This document shows positions 55,182 to 59,164 of a stretch of 59,164 bases of DNA, in pieces (within the stretch, counting starts at the first letter, position 1; every line of letters starts with the position of its first letter). A model generated the notes under the pieces. That model saw only the letters and a program-made list of their open reading frames with translations, made no database searches and had not been told where the DNA came from. The position numbers were made by a program, and so were the translations under genes. The stretch comes from Candidatus Daviesbacteria bacterium RIFCSPHIGHO2_02_FULL_36_13 (GTDB lineage: Bacteria > Patescibacteriota > Microgenomatia > Daviesbacterales > UBA10151), in contig MFCV01000048.1 of assembly GCA_001777015.1 (NCBI GenBank), positions 5,341-64,504 on the forward strand. Direction: 5' to 3'.

Positions 55182-55190
55182 ATTCTACCA
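55182..55190 (-). promoter_or_regulatory. Extended -10 TGgTAGAAT (minus strand), 6 nt upstream of ATG 55175 (leaderless-type)
   Basis: The minus strand reads tggtagaat-acacct-ATG. It forms an inverted repeat with the plus-strand gtagaat at 55198-55204, upstream of tRNA-Thr. Confidence 0.5.
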
Positions 55191-55254
55191 GATTATTGTA
55201 GAATATGGCTGTGTGCCGGCTTTAGATAACATAGTTATCGCAAGACGGCCGAAG

Positions 55255-55326
55255 GCCGGCTTAGCTCAGCGGTAGAGCAGCTGTATCGTAAACAGCGGGT
55301 CACTGGTTCAATTCCAGTAGTCGGCT
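55255..55326 (+). tRNA. tRNA-Thr (anticodon CGU), CCA not encoded
   Basis: Hand-folded cloverleaf of gccggcttagctcagcggtagagcagctgtatcgtaaacagcgggtcactggttcaattccagtagtcggct. Anticodon loop atCGTaa. Confidence 0.9.
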
Positions 55327-55382
55327 CAAGTGGGTTCGACCTCCGAAGGAGGGGTGTGTTTTCCCGCCTTCGGCTCCATGTC

Positions 55383-56051
55383 TTAAGAAATTTTTGTATT
55401 TTCTTTTACTGCTCTAGCAAACAATTTGCTTTGGGCAGGATACTTTCTGTTGTATTCTTCCAATCTCTCTTTTAATATATCAGTTCTGACTACCAGAGGA
55501 ATTTGTGGTTCAGAGTCCTTGTTATCTTCCTCAGGTTCCACAGGGTCTGAGAATTCTTCAAAACCAAATCTTTTGGCAAAGCTTGCCATTCTCTCATTTG
55601 TACCTCCGAATATATATTCAGGATATGGAATTTTATGATCATTCCCCGCAAACTGAAGAAAATCATTCAAACCCTTTAATGCTTTAGCAATTGCAACCGT
55701 TTTTGTCCCTTTAATATAGAAAGGTTCCCAAAAAGGTAGAAAATCTATGACTGCAAGGATAACTCCTGGAGGAATTGTTATCCTTTCATTCTTTTCATTT
55801 AGTTCAAATGTGAACTCCTCATCATTTTTTTCGATAAATATTTTGATTCCATTAGAGGTAAAAAATATACCTTCATCATCCGGTCTAAAGAAAGGCTCAT
55901 CAAAAAGGGGATCTTCAGCTATTTTATTAGGTATTGAAGTGACTACAGGTTGGTATTGCTCTACCTGATCTGCTGTTTTTTGTTTTCTAAACAATCTTCC
56001 TAATGGTGAAGGAAGGGTAGAATTTTTGCTCTCAAGAGCGGCTTCAGACAT
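55383..56051 (-). CDS. Hypothetical protein
   Basis: 222-aa ORF with coding-like composition and no recognisable motif. Confidence 0.45.
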   Translation of the reverse strand: MSEAALESKNSTLPSPLGRLFRKQKTADQVEQYQPVVTSIPNKIAEDPLFDEPFFRPDDEGIFFTSNGIKIFIEKNDEEFTFELNEKNERITIPPGVILAVIDFLPFWEPFYIKGTKTVAIAKALKGLNDFLQFAGNDHKIPYPEYIFGGTNERMASFAKRFGFEEFSDPVEPEEDNKDSEPQIPLVVRTDILKERLEEYNRKYPAQSKLFARAVKENTKIS

Positions 56052-56136
56052 TTTATTAATTTAAAAGTAACACAGTTTAACCTACTTTGTCAGGACAAAG
56101 GTCTTCAAGAGTACAATTTAGGTAGGTGTGAGGCCT

Positions 56137-56823
56137 TTAGCGGGGTAGTTTAAGGACCTGACCTGGGTAGATTAAATCAGGGTTAGATATACCATTTGCA
56201 GCTGCTATTTTTTGATAATCCATTGGATTTCCGTATGCTCTTCCTGCTATGGTTGAGAGCCAGTCACCTTCTACTACCGTGTATGTGTCTCCTGTGAGCT
56301 TTTCTCCCCAAATAGTAGTGTTTCCACCACCTGTTCCAGTTCCCTGATCTACTTGTGCTACCGGTGTAGCTGTTGGACTAGGTAATACAGAAGGACCAGG
56401 GGAGGCTTCTGCTAAAGTTTCCGCATCAGCTAATTTTGGTATCTCCAAAACCTGACCTGCAGTGATGGCATTTACATCTGTCAGATTATTGGCTTTGGCT
56501 AACTCTGTAAATTTTTCCCCATCTTTATAATATTTTTCAGCAATTAAAAAGAGGGTATCTCCTTCTCTAACTGTGTATTTGCCTGGTAAATTTTCTGGAG
56601 TGACATCAGCTTTCTGTTCCTGCTCTGTTTGTTGAGCTGGACCCAAACTGCCATTATCTTTATTAAAGTAATTAAAAATTAAAATTCCCACAACCAAAAC
56701 AATTAAACCTCCGAGTACCATGCTTAATTTGGATTGATTCGTTTGGATCTCACTATTAACTCTCTCTAAATAGGAGTCATTTTTGGCAGTTACTTTTGTT
56801 TTTGATTTTCTTCCTCTTGGCAT
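56137..56823 (-). CDS. Membrane-anchored protein with two LysM peptidoglycan-binding domains
   Basis: TM near the N-terminus. YTVREGDTLFLIAEKYY...AGQVLEIP and YTVVEGDWLSTIAGRAYG...PGQVLKLP. Confidence 0.85.
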   Translation of the reverse strand: MPRGRKSKTKVTAKNDSYLERVNSEIQTNQSKLSMVLGGLIVLVVGILIFNYFNKDNGSLGPAQQTEQEQKADVTPENLPGKYTVREGDTLFLIAEKYYKDGEKFTELAKANNLTDVNAITAGQVLEIPKLADAETLAEASPGPSVLPSPTATPVAQVDQGTGTGGGNTTIWGEKLTGDTYTVVEGDWLSTIAGRAYGNPMDYQKIAAANGISNPDLIYPGQVLKLPR

Positions 56824-56849
56824 TTTAGTTGGGACAGAAGTTTTGGCAG

Positions 56850-56858
56850 ATTACAACA
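56850..56858 (-). promoter_or_regulatory. Extended -10 TGtTGTAAT (minus strand) followed by CTGCCA, upstream of the LysM gene
   Basis: The minus strand reads tgttgtaat-ctgccaaaac. Shares the -10 plus CTGCC arrangement with mraZ and ftsZ. Confidence 0.4.
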
Positions 56859-56883
56859 ATCTTTTTAATCTTTTCGTAGGACT

Positions 56884-56912
56884 TTGTCAAGAGGTCAATT
56901 GTCTGATACAAT
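56884..56912 (+). promoter_or_regulatory. Promoter TTGTCA-17 nt-TGaTACAAT for tRNA-Asp (and probably polX-lemA)
   Basis: TTGTCA 56884-56889, TACAAT 56907-56912 with TG at 56904-56905. The tRNA 5' end is 10 nt downstream of the -10. Confidence 0.6.
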
Positions 56913-56922
56913 ACTACAGCTT

Positions 56923-56995
56923 GGGACCGTAGTGAACCGGTTATCACGTCTCCCTGTCACGGAGAAGACAGCGGGTTCAATTCCCGTCGGTCCCG
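56923..56995 (+). tRNA. tRNA-Asp (anticodon GUC), CCA not encoded
   Basis: Hand-folded cloverleaf of gggaccgtagtgaaccggttatcacgtctccctgtcacggagaagacagcgggttcaattcccgtcggtcccg. Anticodon loop ctGTCac. Confidence 0.9.
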
Positions 56996-57002
56996 CACCC
57001 TT

Positions 57003-58751
57003 ATGGAAACCTCCAATTCCAAGATCGCTAAACTTCTTCGTAATGTAGCAGCTAGTTATTCAATTAAAAAAACAGGCAATATTTTCCAGGTAAGAGCTTA
57101 TGATAATGCTGCAGATTCTATTGAACACTCTACTGTTGAGATGAAGGATCTTTGGGAAGAGGGAAGATTGAATGAAGTTCCGGGCCTTGGTGAAACCATC
57201 AGAGGGTATTTGGATGAGCTTTTTACCAAAGGGAAAGTTAGTCATTTTGAGGAAGTACAAAAAGATATCCCCAAAATAATATTTGATCTTTTGGATATAC
57301 CTGGCATAGGGCCTAAAACAGCCTGTAAACTATCTGATTTAGGTATAAATAGCCTAGATGATCTAAAAAAGCAAATTAAATCCGGAGAATTAGTTAAAAA
57401 GGACTTCTCAGCTAAGATAGCCCAAAGTATTATGGCAGGATTAAGACAGACCACCAGTAAAACAGGCAGAATGCTTTTACCCTATGCCTTTGCTCAGGCG
57501 GAAAAAATTCTGGAATATATAAAGAGAAGCCCAAGTGTAAAAGATGCTCATTTTTTAGGTTCTTTAAGAAGAATGGTGGCTACAATTGGGGATTTGGATT
57601 TTTCTGCCTGCTCAAAATTTCCTAAAGATGTTATTGAACATTTTATAAAAATGCCAGGAGTGGTAAGAGTGGTGGATAAGGGTGAATCTATGGCTACAGT
57701 TATGCTTCAGAGCGGTCTTCACCTGGATTTATTGATAGGTTCTCCTGAGTCCTATGGAGCCTTGCTGCAGCATTTTACAGGTTCAAAGAACCATAATATT
57801 CATCTTAGAACCTATGCTTTAAGCAAAAACCTGTCTTTATCAGAAGATGGGGTGAAGCATACGAAAACTGGTAAGGTTGTGCCCACAAAAACAGAAGAAG
57901 AGTTCTACAAGCTTTTAAAAATGGATATCCCTGCTCCTGAAATTAGAGAGGATGGAGGAGAAATTGAGGCTGGTTTAGCTCACAAATTACCAAATTTAGT
58001 GGAAACTAAGGATATAAAAGGAGAGCTTCATACTCACTCCAATTATCCATTTTTACATCCCTCTCATGGTCCAGGGGTAAATTCAATGAACGACATTGTA
58101 AAAAAAGCCATTTCTTTAAGATATAGTTTTATAGGCATATCTGATCACCCTCCTGGGCATGGTGCGGTAAGCAGGGAGAAAATGATAGAAGAAGTAAAAA
58201 AGAGGACAAAAGTTGTTCAATCTTTGAAAAAGAGTACAAAAGATGTTCGAATTCTCAATGGACTTGAAATAGATATACTGCCTGATGGAACTTTAAGTGT
58301 ACCTGATGAGGCTCTCTCCACTTTAGATTATGTTATTGCAGGCATTCACTCTGGTCATAGAGGAGAAAAAGATATAATCACTAAAAGATTAATTTCAGCT
58401 TTAAATAATCCTCATGTGGATATTATTTCCCATCCTACAAACAGGCTTTTAAATGAAAGGGAATCTTCTGATGCAGATTGGGATGAGGTGTTTAAAGTAG
58501 CTGTCAAGAATAACAAACTTTTAGAGATAAATGCATTTCCAAACAGATTAGATCTTAGAGATGATTTGGTGAGGGAGGCTTTAAAGTATGGAGTTAAATT
58601 TATTATTGATACAGATGCTCATCAGGTTTCGCAAATGGATAATATGAGATTTGGGGTATCTGTAGCCAGGAGAGGCTGGGCAGAAAAAAAAGATATAGTA
58701 AATTCCTGGGACTGGAAAAAGTTCTCTGAATGGTTTACAATCAAGCCTTAA
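57003..58751 (+). CDS. polX: Family X DNA polymerase with C-terminal PHP phosphoesterase domain (PolX)
   Basis: N-terminal helix-hairpin-helix modules (IPGIGPKTA), [15 protein letters not shown] nucleotidyltransferase motif, PHP motifs HTHSNY, SDHPPGH, IDTDAH. Confidence 0.85.
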   Translation: METSNSKIAKLLRNVAASYSIKKTGNIFQVRAYDNAADSIEHSTVEMKDLWEEGRLNEVPGLGETIRGYLDELFTKGKVSHFEEVQKDIPKIIFDLLDIPGIGPKTACKLSDLGINSLDDLKKQIKSGELVKKDFSAKIAQSIMAGLRQTTSKTGRMLLPYAFAQAEKILEYIKRSPSVKDAHFLGSLRRMVATIGDLDFSACSKFPKDVIEHFIKMPGVVRVVDKGESMATVMLQSGLHLDLLIGSPESYGALLQHFTGSKNHNIHLRTYALSKNLSLSEDGVKHTKTGKVVPTKTEEEFYKLLKMDIPAPEIREDGGEIEAGLAHKLPNLVETKDIKGELHTHSNYPFLHPSHGPGVNSMNDIVKKAISLRYSFIGISDHPPGHGAVSREKMIEEVKKRTKVVQSLKKSTKDVRILNGLEIDILPDGTLSVPDEALSTLDYVIAGIHSGHRGEKDIITKRLISALNNPHVDIISHPTNRLLNERESSDADWDEVFKVAVKNNKLLEINAFPNRLDLRDDLVREALKYGVKFIIDTDAHQVSQMDNMRFGVSVARRGWAEKKDIVNSWDWKKFSEWFTIKP

Positions 58752-59164
58752 TGATTACCTATATTGTAATTGGTGCTTTAGTATTAATTATTCTTTGGCT
58801 TTTATCTACATTCAATGGATTGGTTACTCTTAGAAATAGAGTTAAAGAGGCCTGGTCTCAGATTGATGTTCAGCTAAAAAGAAGAGCATCTTTAATTCCA
58901 AATTTGGTGGAGGCAGTTAAAGGTTACGTTAAACATGAGAAAACAGTTTTAGAAAATGTCACCAAAGCCAGATCAGCTATGGTTGGAGCAGGATCTCCTC
59001 ACGAAAAAGCCGCAGCTAATGATGTACTGACTGGAGCCTTAAAATCACTTTTTGCTGTAGCAGAGGCTTATCCAGATCTTAAAGCATCAGAAAATTTTAA
59101 ACAGCTTCAGGAAGAATTATCTGATACAGAGACTAAAGTAGCTGCAGCCAGACAGTTTTACAAC
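58751..59164 (+). CDS. lemA: LemA-family protein, N-terminal part; 3' end lies beyond the window
   Basis: My own translation from the ATG overlapping the polX stop (TAATG): [59 protein letters not shown]... The frame stays open to the last base of the window. Confidence 0.85.
   Translation, partial: MITYIVIGALVLIILWLLSTFNGLVTLRNRVKEAWSQIDVQLKRRASLIPNLVEAVKGYVKHEKTVLENVTKARSAMVGAGSPHEKAAANDVLTGALKSLFAVAEAYPDLKASENFKQLQEELSDTETKVAAARQFYN

Noticed and set aside
55432-55438. Another CTGCCCA (minus strand) inside CDS 55383-56051
   Set aside because: It is preceded by agtatc, not a -10-like hexamer, and lies near the 3' end of a coding region. Treated as a chance heptamer.
56064-56093. Possible minus-strand promoter cTGACA-18-TGtTACTTT upstream of ORF 55383-56051, and the hairpin ctttgt-cagg-acaaag overlapping it
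   Set aside because: Both hexamers are weak and the spacing to the ATG (12 nt) fits neither the leaderless nor the SD-led pattern. Too speculative to list as a feature.
1-59164. Checked for CRISPR arrays, transposase/integrase genes, toxin-antitoxin or restriction-type defence genes, and UGA recoding (code 25/4)
   Set aside because: There are no regularly spaced direct repeats and no recombinase-like ORFs. Every large ORF has a housekeeping or envelope assignment. Genes terminate normally at TGA (for example 13059-13061, 14077-14079, 15780-15782) with full-length products, so the standard code applies.

Overview
AT-rich bacterial chromosomal window (about one-third G+C by eye). It reads cleanly under the standard code, and genes are tightly packed and often overlap by 1-4 nt (ATGA/TAATG junctions). 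Gene content looks like a Patescibacteria/CPR-type genome, but this is inference only: short Mur ligases, a DUF4012 protein, many ArnT/PMT-like membrane proteins, and an SLRG...LLAMT-type palindromic repeat. Layout: (1) 1-25 kb is a very large envelope-glycan/glycosylation locus. It holds at least seven GT-C-architecture membrane proteins, a Wzy/O-antigen-ligase-like protein, a polyprenyl-phosphate-sugar synthase-like GT2, GalE, six GT4 enzymes, an acetyltransferase, an initiating phosphoglycosyl transferase and DUF4012. (2) A cyclase-family gene, recO, glyQS and a hypothetical gene. (3) 28.7-42.8 kb is a dcw cluster: mraZ-rsmH-ftsL-ftsI-murE-murB(truncated)-murA-murF-mraY-ftsW-murG-ftsQ-ftsA-ftsZ. 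(4) ileS-rodA-rplU-rpmA-parB, with lepB convergent. (5) 48.9-53.9 kb is a second small glycan locus (flippase, GT2, and paralogs of two membrane proteins from locus 1). (6) tRNA-Gly(CCC), tRNA-Thr(CGU), tRNA-Asp(GUC), a pterin dehydratase, a LysM protein, PolX, LemA and hypotheticals. No CRISPR array, transposase, integrase or recognisable defence genes were seen. The most interesting non-coding signals are listed here. (a) A ~140-nt intergenic element occurs twice, upstream of mraZ and of ileS. Its three predicted helices are kept intact by four compensatory base-pair changes, making it a candidate structured RNA. (b) Four 10-bp-phased ATGG/AAGG boxes lie upstream of mraZ (MraZ-operator-like). 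(c) Extended -10 promoters recur 6-8 nt upstream of ATG codons, implying widespread leaderless mRNAs. (d) mraZ, ftsZ and the LysM gene share a -10 followed by CTGCC(C/A)A. (e) A palindromic repeat is inserted in frame in a membrane-protein gene, and related half-repeats flank glyQS.
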